This document shows positions 51,901 through 64,000 of a stretch of DNA of 64,000 nucleotides, one piece after another. Position 1 is the stretch's first letter. Every line of letters begins with the position of its first letter. The position numbers and the translations under genes were made by a program. This stretch comes from Magallana gigas (Eukaryota), in the NCBI RefSeq assembly GCF_963853765.1, contig NC_088854.1:17174001-17238000 (forward strand). The letters run 5' to 3'. The notes below the pieces were generated by a model, which was given only the letters and a program-made list of their open reading frames with translations, made no database searches and was not told the DNA's origin.

Positions 51901-54900
51901 GTAACACAATTTAAGAAATGATGCCTCATGTAAGAATTTCTTTGAATTACCTATATAACGTTTTCTATACGAAAATGTTTGCAACATCATTCAAATACCT
52001 AATGTATAATGGATATGTTTGAGACTGAAATGTTCTAGCTATTTTATTGTATTGTTCTATCTTCCAACAAAGAATAGTTTGTAGAATATTAACCTTGTCT
52101 GATTTGGAATCAAATAAGCATTTTAGGAAAAGGAAAGTAATTTTCAGTGTGCTAAGATGTCAATTGTAATCTATGAAGTATGTTTGAAATTGATTGTATC
52201 ATGACAAATTGTGACCACTCATTGCGCATTATTACCTAGTAAGACATTCTACAAGAAGAAACTATTTACATACATGTATTGGGTTCATTAGATCTATCGC
52301 CATTTCGGATGTTAAATATCTCTTGTCGGACCATCTTCAATCCTGCAGCGGTATTCGTACTGCCATAACGATACTGCATGGCGGAAATAGCATTGTTAAG
52401 TACAAGTTGCTTAATAAACTTTCTCATATCCCTGAGTTCTTTCCGATTGACATGCATACACGACAAACTCTATGTCCCCAGTTGACGGACATCCTAATGA
52501 AAACAAATGGTTTTACGTTTAATTAGTTAAATGCATGCAATAATATATCAGTCATAAAAGTTAACAATGTAATTCATAAGAATAAAATTCCATCCTTTTA
52601 ATATAATTCTTACTATTTTTACAGACGTCTCCTGAAAACCCAGCTCTGCATTCACACAGGAATCCACTGTTATCATTTTTGCATTGTCCACCATTCCTGC
52701 ATTGGCTGTTGGCACAGTAATCAACACCTTTGAAATTAAAGTTGTTGCCAATGTTATTCTTAGATAATCCTAAGTAATTAGTAATTTTTTTGATAGACAA
52801 TTTTATTTGATAGTGAATTTAAGGCTTTGAAAAACAATTGAATTTTTCGCGCCAGTCTCTGTTTTTGGTGAAAATTGAATGCTTAAACATAAATATAAAT
52901 ATCCGGGCATGTCAAATTGTCAGGTACTTACGAAAACACATTAACTTATAAACATTAACATGAAATTTTTATAAGAACATTGAGTACTAGTATAGTCTTT
53001 AAAATATATTTTAGTAATATGAAGTAATTAATGAGTTAATTTTTATGCAATAGTTAAACAAATTTGCAATTTGTGATATAACGATATCGCCATAAACAGT
53101 TTGTAAATTGCAGTTACAGGACTGTACAGCAATTTCCTTTTCATCTACAAATTTAATCATGTAGACAGATAAATGCATGTTGCATTAAAATTACTTTCGA
53201 ATAAAGGTTCTAAAACGTCATCCTTCATGGAATACTAGTACAACAGGGTTTTGTCGTCAATTTCCATTGTTTTCAGTCCTCGAGAGAGCGCTAAGTTTTC
53301 AGTCTCCTCTCTTCTTCGCATCTGGATAGCAATAGGGATAACCTGTATTTCGGACTCAATCGCCAATTCAGCCTCCTGTAACGTAATGTCCTCATTAACA
53401 CCCACTGAACCGTCTGTTATGAGGTATGCTTCGTTCTTCACGCTCGGTCGATCTCCATTGCCGTTGAACATGTTTGTGCGCAGGCTCCTGAAAGCGCCAG
53501 CCATATTTGCTTTTCCTTTTGTGTATTCACTGTGGTCCACCATTCTTGTTATGGTATTAGTGTCTTGGTATTGCCCGATATTGAACTGTACCATTGGAGA
53601 GGAGCTGTACTTCATGGCACCTACTCTTATGTCACATTCCTCTACATTCATCTGTCGTACGAGGTAGTCAACATATCCTATGATGCGCCTAAAAGTATAC
53701 TCCCCAATTCCTTCAGAGGAGTCCATGACGAACACAACGTCAGCTGGATCCTCGCATTCTGCAAAAGAGGGAGACAAACTATAAATAGATATATACCCAC
53801 AGCTTTACGTACATAACCGAATTCGTATAAAAATTACTCCAAATATATATACTCTATATTTGGGTGATATAGAAAGGGATTAAATGATAAAAATTATAAG
53901 TAGGGTATTGAAAATATTGCATTTTTGCGAAAAAGAGGATACCATTCTTACTTTTATCACAATTTTGACCATGGAATCCATTTGTACACACACATTGATA
54001 GGATCCAATGCCATCAATACAGAATGCTCCATTCTGGCAAGGCTTAGACGCACATTTGTTGGCATCTACAATGGATCAAGTAAGCTATCATACATTTATA
54101 AAAATACATTTTATTACATAGTGTTATTAAGCAATACCAATCAGAAATTCTTTTATTGTTACGCAAACTACACACACACAGCCAAACACCTTTTGGACGA
54201 ACTGAATTTTGAATCTTTGTCGAATTTATATATGAATTCAATTAAAAGTTGAATTTACATAATTGTGACAAAAAATGATTAAACCGTTATGAATTGACTT
54301 AACACCACAAGGTGTTGCTAATTCTTTTAAAAACAAAAGGCCCACGGGCGACATCGCTCACCTGAGCAACATTAGGCATGATAAAATCAGCTTCATGGAG
54401 TCATTATACATAATATCTGGACAATGTGGTATAATACATGTAGATCCTATTCAAAAAATCTGTTTCTCCCTGGATATTCTTATAATTATAATCAAGTCCC
54501 TTTTTTAAAGTAGATCCAGTGTTCTGTGAAGTCATACTTTATTGTAAAACTTTGAATTCTTTAAAATTTGTGCAAGATAGTTTTATCTATTTCATATGAA
54601 TTTAATCTTATGGATGTAATTAGAAATACTGTTAAGTTCAAGATATTTTTGCAGCTTAATTTTATCCTAAATTTCCAATTTTTTTTATACATTTTATCTA
54701 TGCTAAGGGGAAATAACTCGTTTTGCTGATTTCTCTCTCAGTTGTATGTCTAAATGATATAATTTTTCTAATTCCAATAACCAATTTTAAAATGTGTTTG
54801 TAGTTTTAGTTTTCTAGCACAGTTGACAATAAAATTAAAAAAAGATAAACATATTAAGTTTCTGCCAACAAAGATTTTACTTTTAACAAAAAAAACGTAC

Positions 54901-55120
54901 GATTTTCTGATGCTAAAATATGCTCTAGTTCATGTTTATTTGACTTCTCAAAAAGTGTGATGACATGTATATTTTTTCTAATAATTGATGAAATTTAAGT
55001 CTATTAAGTTGAAATCAAGTTCTGTTCTGTTTTTCAACTTTCATCAGAGAATTTTACGAGTATTGAGTTACCTTAACAGGATGATTTTATAGTCATATTA
55101 TATTCAGCATTGCAGTTCTT

Positions 55121-57090
55121 AACAAGAGGCCCAGGGGCCACATCGCTCACCTGAGCCTTAATTCTGATCAAATTTGCATTAGAGTATTAAAATCAAAATA
55201 TCTTTACAACTAATTACAGTAGATCTTGCTAAAAAAAAATTGAAAATCTGTCAATTTTTATCCACATCTTTTTTTTGGTAAATGCCAAGCCCCATTTGTT
55301 GTTGTACCTTTAAGAAGATTTTTCTCTTATCCTATATACCCCCCACCCCCATTTTGTGGCCCCACTTTTCTCTAGGGAATCATGGTTTCATCAAACTTAA
55401 ATCTGCATAACCTGAGCTTTCACACAAAGTACTGATTTTTGGACTGAAAACTTTCCAAGAATATTTTTAAAGATTTTCTCTATATATTCCTATGTAAAAA
55501 TTCAACCCGCCATGGCAGCCCCGCCCTACCCCCAGGGACTATGATTTTGCAAACTTGAATTTACACTAGCCGAAGATGCCTCTACACAAGTTTAAGCTTT
55601 TCTGGCCAAATAGTTTTAAAAAAGAAGATTTTCTCTATATATTCCTATGTAAAAATTCGTCCCTCCCCCCCCCCCCTTGTGGCCTCATCGTACCCCGGGA
55701 CTATGATTTAAACAAACTTGAATCTATACGATCTGGGGATGCTTCCACTCAAATTTGGGCTTTCCTGGCCTAATAGTTTTCAGAAGAAGATTTTTAAAGA
55801 TTTGCTCTATATATAAAAATTTATTCCCCATCGGGCCCCGCCCTACCCCCAGGGACTATGATTTGAACAAACTTGAATCTACACTATCTACGGATGCTTA
55901 CACGCCAAGCTGTTCTGGCCAAATAGTTTTTAAAAAGATTTTTAAAGATTTTCTCTATATATTATGTCAAAATTCACCCCCATTTTGGCCTCACTGTACC
56001 CCGGGACTATGATTTAAACAAACTTGAATCTATACGATCTGGGGATGCTTCCACTCAAATTTGGGCTTTCCTGGCCTAATAGTTTTCAAAAGAAGATTTT
56101 TTAAAGATTTTCTCTATATATAACAATTTATCCCCCAATTGTGGCCCCGCCCTACCACAAGGGACCATGATTTGAACAAACTTGAATCAACACTAACTAA
56201 GGATCCTTACACGCCAATTTGAGCTTTCCTGGCCTAAAAGTTTTTGAGAAGAAGATTTTTAAAGATATATTCTAATTTTAAAATACATTCCCCTATTGTG
56301 GCCCCGCCATACCCCCAGAGACCATTATTTGAACAAACTTGAATCTACACTACCTCAGGATGCTTTCATTTTAATTTGAGCTTTTCTGGCCAAATAGTTT
56401 TTGAGAAAAAGATTTTTAAAAATTTCCTCTATATATTCCTATGTAAAACTTGATCCCCCTATTGTGGCCCCACCCTACCCACTGGGACCATGATTTGAAC
56501 AAACTTGAATCTACACTACCTGAGAATGCTTTCATTTTAATTTGAACTTTCATAGCCTAATAGTTTTTGGGAAGAATTTTTTAAAAGATATTCTCTATAT
56601 ATTCGTATGTAAAACTTGATCCCCCTATTGTGGCCCCACCCTACCCACGGGGACCATGATTTGAACAAACTTGAATCTACACTACCTCAGGATGCTTTCA
56701 TTTTAATTTGAGCTTTCATAGCCTAATAGTTTTTGGGAAGAATTTTTTTAAAGATTTTCTCTGTATATTCCTATGTAAAACTTGATCCCCCTGTTGTTTA
56801 ATTTACACCATCTGAGGATGCTTCCATTTTAATTTGAGCTTTTCTGGCAAAATAGCTTTTGAGAAGAAGATTTTTAAAGATTTTCTCTATATATTCCTAT
56901 GTTTAACTTGATCCCCCTTTTGTGGCCCCACACTACCTACGGGGACCATGATTTGAGCAAAATTGAATCTTTATTACCTGAGGATGCCTCCATACAAGTT
57001 TAAGCTTTTTGGCCAAATAGTTTTTGTGAAGAAGATTTTTGAAAAATACCAACAAATTTTCAATAATTCTCAATTATCTCCCCTTTAAAG

Positions 57091-57125
<35 letters not shown>

Positions 57126-57310
57126 TCTTCACCCAGTGATGCTTTGTGCCAAATTTGGTTGAAATCTGCCCAGTGGTTCTGGAGAAGAAGAAAATGTGAA
57201 AAGTTTACAATGACAACGCCGCCAACGCAAACGCCAACGCCGACGACAGACAACGGACAAATTCTGATCAGAAAAGCTCTCTTGAGCTTAAAGCTCAGGT
57301 GAGCTAAAAA
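55121..57310 (-). mobile_element. Complete inner HINE inserted into the older element
   Basis: 3' end AACAAGAGGCCCAGGGGCCACATCGCTCACCTGAG (55121), satellite array, GAC/GCC-rich microsatellite (~57208-57255), and 5' end TCAGGTGAGCTAAAAA (57310). Confidence 0.85.
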
Positions 57311-57552
57311 GACCTTTAACAATTGTTTATATACAGGATATAAACCTACATCAAACTCTGAATCTCCTGTGAGGCCAAATAATCGTCCAGGGGCCGAAGT
57401 TTATACAATTTTAAAGAATCAGTAATATATATAAATGCTTGCATATAAGTAAAAGTATAGATAATAAAATTTCAGTTTTTGTGAATAATTAAAATGTTTT
57501 CTTTTGTACAACTGAATGTCCAATGTGGCCCCACTCTACTCCTAAAGATTGT

Positions 57553-58796
57553 GATTTGAACAAACTTGAATCTACACTATCTACGGATGCTTACACGCCA
57601 AGCTGTTCTGGCCAAATAGTTTTTAAAAAGATTTTTAAAGATTTTCTCTATATATTATGTCAAAATTCACCCCCATTTTGGCCTCACTGTACCCCGGGAC
57701 TATGATTTAAACAAACTTGAATCTATACGATCTGGGGATGCTTCCACTCAAATTTGGGCTTTCCTGGCCTAATAGTTTTCAAAAGAAGATTTTTTAAAGA
57801 TTTTCTCTATATATAACAATTTATCCCCCAATTGTGGCCCCGCCCTACCACAAGGGACCATGATTTGAACAAACTTGAATCAACACTAACTAAGGATCCT
57901 TACACGCCAATTTGAGCTTTCCTGGCCTAAAAGTTTTTGAGAAGAAGATTTTTAAAGATATTCTCTATATATTCTAATTTTAAAATACATTCCCCTATTG
58001 TGGCCCCGCCATACCCCCAGAGACCATTATTTGAACAAATTTGAATCTACACTACCTCAGGATGCTTTCATTTTAATTTGAGCTTTTCTGGCCAAATAGT
58101 TTTTGAGAAAAAGATTTTTAAAAATTTCCTCTATATATTCCTATGTTTAACTTGATCCCCCTATTGTGGCCCCACCCTGCCCACTTGGACCATGATTTGA
58201 ACAAACTTGAATCTACACTACCTGAGGATGATTTCATTTTAATTTGAACTTTCATAGCCTAATAGTTTTTGGGAAGAATTTTTTAAAAGATTTTCTCTAT
58301 ATATTCGTATGTAAAACTTGATCCCCCTATTGTGGCCCCACCCTACCCACGGGGACCATGATTTGAACAAACAAACTTGAATCTACACTACCTCAGGATG
58401 CTTTCATTTTAATTTGAGCTTTCATAGCCTAATAGTTTTTGGGAAGAAATTTTTTAAAGATTTTCTCTGTATATTCCTATGTAAAACTTGATCCCCCTGT
58501 TGTTTAATTTACACCATCTGAGGATGCTTCCATTTTAATTTGAGCTTTTCTGGCAAAATAGCTTTTGAGAAGAAGATTTTTAAAGATTTTCTCTATATAT
58601 TCCTATGTTTAACTTGATCCCCCTTTTGTGGCCCCACACTACCTACGGGGACCATGATTTGAGCAAAATTGAATCTTTATTACCTGAGGATGCCTCCATA
58701 CAAGTTTAAGCTTTTTGGCCAAATAGTTTTTGTGAAGAAGATTTTTGAAAAATACCAACAAATTTTCAATAATTCTCAATTATCTCCCCTTTAAAG

Positions 58797-58831
<35 letters not shown>

Positions 58832-59289
58832 TCTTCACCCAGTGATGCTTTGTGCCAAATTTGGTTGAAATCTGCCCAGTGGTTCTGGAGAAGAAGAAAA
58901 TGTGAAAAGTTTACAATGACAACGCCGCCAACGCAAACGCCAACGCCGACGACAGACAACGGACAAATTCTGATCAGAAAAGCTCTCTTGAGCTTAAAGC
59001 TCAGGTGAGCTAAAAAGACCTTTAACAATTGTTTATATACAGGATATAAACCTACATCAAACTCTGAATCTCTTGTGAGGCCAAATAATCGTCCAGGGGC
59101 CAAAGTTTACACAATTTTAAAGAATCAGTAATATATATAAATGCTTGCATATAAGTAAAAGCATATATAATAACATTTCAGTTTTTGTGAATAATTAAAA
59201 TGTTTTCTTTTGTACAACTGAATGTCCAATGTGGCCCCACTCTACTCCTAAAGATTGTGATTTGAACAAATTTGAATCTACACTATCTG
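57553..59289. repeat. ~1.7-kb tandem duplicate of 55860-57552
   Basis: Near-identical sequence at an offset of 1693-1706 bp; ORFs 57039 and 58745 translate identically. A few SNPs and small indels separate the copies. Confidence 0.9.
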
Positions 59290-59881
59290 AAGTTGCTTTC
59301 ACTAAAGTTACAGCTTTTCTAGCCAAATGCTTTTTTAGAAAAAGATTTAGAGATATTTTTCTATGTATTCCTATGTAAAAATTTGTCTCCCCCCTTGTGA
59401 CCCCACCTTCCCCCCCCCCCCCGGGAATCATTATTTGAATAAACTTGAAATCTCACTACCTGATGATGCGTCCAAACAAGTTTCAGCTTTCCTACACAAA
59501 TGGTTTTTGAGAAGAAGATTTTAAAGATTTACTCTATATATTCCTATGTAAAAAGTCGACCCCCATTGTGTCCCCATCGAACCCCCGGGGGTCGTTATTT
59601 CCACAACTTTGAATCTACTCTACCTGAGGATACTTTCACACAAGTTTCGGCTTTTCTGGCCAAATGGTTCTGTAGAAGAACATTTTTAAAAAATTACTCT
59701 ATATCTTCCTATGTAAAAATTCAACCCTCCATTGTGACTCCACCCTACCCTCGGGAGTCATGATTTTCACAACCTTGAATCAATCTACATTATCTGAGGA
59801 TGCTTCCATAAAAGTTTCAGTTTTCCTGGCATGATAGTTTTTGAGAAGAAGATTTTTAAAGATAAACATTATATATTCATA

Positions 59882-61213
59882 CAGTACCCGCAACGTTATT
59901 TTTTACAAGATAAACGATAGGATAGGATTCACGCACGATAGGATAGCATTAACGCACGATAGAACAGTATACACGCACGAAAGGATAGGATTAACGCACG
60001 ATAGAACAGTATACACGCACGATATGATAGGATTGATACACGATAGGAAAGGATAAACGATGTTCATAATAAACGTATGATCGCTTTAAACGATATTTAC
60101 GAACAAACTGATTATGGCAGAATTTGAGAGAGAACACGTACAAATAAAAATTTACGTGGAATTTCTTTTAAGTAACAATTGCCGAGTTGTTAATCATCGT
60201 TGCATCATTCATAGAATGTATAAAATTGACCAGTTCATTTTTTTTCAACTAAAATTATGAGCTTTAATGATCAATAAATTTTCTTAATTGTTAAAATTGT
60301 TTTCATTACCGAACACCCTAGCCGATCGCCGCGAATATTTCAGCCCGAGATTAAATCACTCGGAAAATAGCGGGTTTGATTATATAAATCCAACTCTTGT
60401 ATAAAGTAAATATAAAATATATCATAAGTACATTTCTTTCTGTATAAGTACATGATGCATTAAAAACGAATTATTACAGTCAAGTTAAATAAATATCTAC
60501 GCAGATACACATTCCGCGTACGATTTGTTAACATTGTTTTCATTACCACACACCCTAGCTGATTGCCGAGAACATTTCAGCCTGAAATCAAATATCACAC
60601 GGTAAATAACGGGTTCAAAATACAACTCGTGGTTGAATTAAATATAAATTATATCATAAATAGTTTTGTTTCTGTAAAATATGATGCAACAAAATTATTT
60701 TGCATGAAATTTAATGTTTACGCAGGTATACACTCTGCGTACGATTTAATATATTCGATGTACAGGTAAATATGTTACCTTGTTCCTAAGAACTTCGTTT
60801 TGTTCATTTTCAATGTTAACAGATATAATTTACATATAATATTGGTTAATTTTGATCTAAAAAATTTAAAAATTAGTATCCTGACGGAATGTTGGATAGG
60901 ATTTTACAATTCTTGTTCGATAAATATTCAAATACGGCGCACCGAACGAGTTGCAACTTAGTAATAAATTTACTTGATTATGAAAAGGCACGAAACGATT
61001 AACACGATAGAATAAACGGAAGAGTTGTTGAAATTAAACGATAAACCTGATAGGATTAACGCACGATAAGATAGGATTAACGCACGATAGAACAGTATAC
61101 ACGCAGGATAGGATAGAATCAACGCACGATAGAACAGGATACACGCACGATACGATAGGATTGATACACGATACGATAGGATAGGATTGTTAAAAATAAC
61201 GTTGCGGGTACTG
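59882..61213. mobile_element. Non-autonomous TA-targeting DNA transposon (Tc1/mariner-like), 1332 bp
   Basis: TIRs CAGTACCCGCAACGTTATTTTT / AAAAATAACGTTGCGGGTACTG with TA flanks (59880-81, 61214-15). It interrupts a satellite monomer at its TTCxTA|TGTAAAAA motif. Confidence 0.85.
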
Positions 61214-63935
61214 TATGTAAAAATTCGCCCCCACCCCCATTGTAACCCCATCCTACCCCCAAGGGTCGTGATTTTCACAACTTTGAATTTACTCTACCTG
61301 AGGATACTTCTATACAAGTTTCAACTCTCCCAAAACTAATTTTGAGAAGGAGATTTTTTTTTAAAGATTTACTCTATATATTCATATGTAAAAATGCAAC
61401 CCACCATTGTAGCATCACCCTACCCCCGGAGTTCATGATTTCCACAACTTTGAATCTACACTACCTGAGAATGATTCCATATAAGTTTCAGCTTTTCTGA
61501 CCTTATGGTTCTTGAGAAGAAGATTTTTTAAGATTTACTCTATATATTCCTATGTAAAAAGTCGACCCCCATTGTGGTCCCATCGAACCCCAAGGGTCAT
61601 GATTTTCATAACTTTGCATTTTCACTACCTGAGGATGCTTCTATACAAGTTTCAACTTTCCTGGCGTACTGATTTTGAGACAAAGAGTTTTTAAAGATTT
61701 ACTATATATATTCCTATATAAAAATGCAACCCTCCATTGTGCCCTCACCCTTCCCCCGGCGCTCATGATTTTCACAACTTTGAATCCACGCTACCTGAGG
61801 ATGCTTCCACACAAGTTTCAGCTTTCCTGGCTGATATTTCTGAGAAGTAGATTTTTAAATATTTACTCTATATATTCCTATGTAAAAATTCAACCCTCCA
61901 TTGTGGCTCCACCCTATCCTCGGGAGTCATGATTTTCACAACCTTGAATCTACACTACATGAGGATGCTTCCATATAAGTTTTATCTTTTCTGTCCAAAT
62001 GGTTCTTGAGTAGAAGATGTTTAAAGAATGGTTAATAATAACAATTTTCTTTGTATTTTTTACCACCCGGTCTCCTTGTAGTAGTAGGTGGAGGCAGTGT
62101 TGTTGGTCTTTAAGGACGTTGGAGTGCTGGTTCGGGGTCTTCTCCCACTAAAACATGGATAACAAAATATCATTTAAAATAAAATAAGCGTCTTTCACTA
62201 GTATTTTCAAAAACTCTTATCGCTGTTGAACGCATTTTGCAAAACTCCAGGCAGTTGGCGACTTTGCAGAAAAAAATACGTATGTAAAATTATTGCAATG
62301 ATTGCTACCTTCATAACCCGCATGAATCCTCAAAGAAAGCATTTTATTGTTTATATATACATTCTTCTTTTTAAAAGTTGATAAACTGACTGTAAAAAGT
62401 TACTTACTTAAATTAATTATCTAAATTAAGTAATTAATTAACTTAATTAACAAAATCACTGCTAATATATTCAGTATGTTAGCTAAAAGAAACAGCAGAA
62501 TCGTCCACTATGGGAATTTAAGTCTGACATCATCTTGATGACTTCGTGCAGTCCGTGATTTTTCTTAGGTTGATAAAGGTTACGACCAATCCATAAACGG
62601 ATGTGTAGATTTCAGTCCTTTCAGTTTCTACAGAGTTATGAATTACAATTAATTTCCGTAAGAAATAGAGGGAGTACATATAAGGAAATAAACTCAGCAT
62701 TACATCATGCAAGCATCAAGAAATGGTTTTTTGTTTACATCAAAATTAGTAATTAATTAGATATTAAAGTGTTTATAATTATATTTCATTGGATTACAAA
62801 AAACATTAGCTCGTTAACAAAATTTACTAGTGGTTAAACCTTCATAAAAATAACACGTACCTGCAAAGACAAAATACATTGTGAGTGAACAAGGAAACAC
62901 AAACAAAACGTGAGCGTTAGATGTAAATAAAATGTTATCAGTTAGAAATTAAGCTAAGTACAATGATTGTAAACATTTAAAAATTGAATACTTACATGTA
63001 CCTGGATGAGTTGAGTTTGCAAAAAATGTAGAGATACCGATGAAGTATAAAAGGGACTACATTCAACATTTCACATCTTCAAGATGAATATCGATACATA
63101 TCATAACTCACAAAATAAACGAATTCTACACGAAAAATAAAATCAAATCCATCGAATCTGCCAATATAAACGATACGTCATATCATGAACGCAGCAATGT
63201 TAATTAGTCCATCCATTTCGACGTCATCAAACGCTTTTTCATTTTCGTTTAATCCTTCATTACGCATTTTATGAAAGGATGCAAACTTACGTTCAGCATT
63301 TACAGAAATTGCACGCTGCCTTGCAATACAACTCAAGTTTATTCTTTTACCAATGATGTCTCAATAACTGCCCGATTTGTTTAGATACTATCATGTGTTA
63401 GTCAGAGGATGAGGAAATCGTTGTCGCGGTTGTGTAGATTTTACTTGTTATTTGATTTTATCATTTGACTTATTATTGCCGAATTGGAGGCGTATTCAAT
63501 ATTTGTTTTTATACAACAATAAAATAATGTAATAATTTATAAAGCAATAAAACGCGCGTCGCTAGTAAATATTTACCCCACCCTTCACTCTCTTTGTAAG
63601 AAAATGCAACATTCAGAATCATGCACAGGTGAAAGTGTTTATAAAGTCTTTACGATGTAAATTTATAGCAATAGATAAACCACTTGCAGTGAAACACAAT
63701 CTCTTTTATATCAAACATAATGACACTAATGAGGAGAGTATATCAGATTTTAGAGCCATGAAAATAACCCATATTTTAAATAGTCCTGTAATTCCGAATA
63801 AACGAAGGAACATGTAATCTATATTCTTGTAGTAAAATCAGATACCCTTTTCTAGTAAAGTAACCACAAGATTACCGTGTTAATACTATTCGCCGCCAGA
63901 AAGTTTTTTTTAGAAAGAGAGAGAGAGTATCTTAC

Positions 63936-64000
63936 CAGGGTTTTCGCCTGTGGGACCTTTTCTTGGTCTCTCTGGTTCCACATTATCATCAACTGTGCCA
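63936..64000 (-). CDS. Possible partial coding exon running off the window end
   Basis: Minus strand reads GTVDDNVEPERPRKGPTGENP, followed by a phase-1 GTAAG donor. Too short to identify. Confidence 0.35.

Larger units (their letters stand above)
54332..62030 (-). mobile_element. Composite block of nested HINE elements and ~167-bp satellite monomers
   Basis: Outer HINE 3' end AACAAAAGGCCCACGGGCGACATCGCTCACCTGAG at 54332. Dozens of GATTTGAACAAACTTGAATCTACACTACCTGAGGATGC monomers extend to ~62030. Confidence 0.85.
47235..62147 (-). pseudogene. EGF/vWA multidomain extracellular-matrix gene (matrilin/collagen VI-like modules) with multiple disabling lesions
   Basis: Exons: 62147-62064 (Pro/Thr linker, in-frame TAA 62110-62112); 54065-53952 (EGF); 53758-53195 (vWA, in-frame TAG 53235-53237); 52727-52614 (EGF); 52493-52274 (vWA, frameshift plus internal deletion); 51483-51237 (vWA, +4 frameshift near 51406-51409); ~50340-50205 (EGF, phase mismatch); 47804-47235 (open vWA with MIDAS DSSVS). 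The 5' and 3' ends are uncertain. Confidence 0.75.

Noticed and set aside
55500-62000. ORFs such as 57039, 58745, 59500, 61512 and 61675 as protein genes
   Set aside because: They are translations of satellite or HINE sequence; the identical ORFs result from the tandem duplication.
63180-63364. Terminal coding exon on the minus strand (DIIGKRINLSCIARQ...AAFMI*)
   Set aside because: Short open frame with a poor acceptor and no recognisable homology.

Overview
AT-rich, intron-containing animal genomic DNA. The ~166-bp satellite-carrying Helentron (HINE) elements point to an oyster (Crassostrea/Magallana); this is an inference from repeat families. There are no prokaryotic features. Hand-spliced gene models, in order: PRDM10 (+, 15 coding exons, ~1345 aa); TMEM218 (-, 3 exons, 115 aa); a Cut8/Sts1-family nuclear-proteasome tether (+, 7 exons, ~321 aa) head-to-head with TMEM218; a predicted GPI-anchored Ig-domain mucin with an 11-aa N-glycosylation repeat (+); RRP1/RRP1B (-, 12 exons, ~737 aa); a single-coding-exon LRR+FN3 surface protein (+); and a multiply disrupted EGF/vWA extracellular-matrix pseudogene (-). 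The best unannotated signal is four intronic box C/D snoRNAs in RRP1, all guiding the same 18S rRNA site (human Am99/yeast Am100). Three of them share one intron and may be separated by poison exons. Other notable items are tRNA-containing solo LTRs (Helenus-type), nested and duplicated HINEs, TA-flanked MITEs, and apparent linkage of genes whose human homologues lie in the 11q24/21q22 paralogon. All exon boundaries were read by eye and need RNA-seq confirmation.
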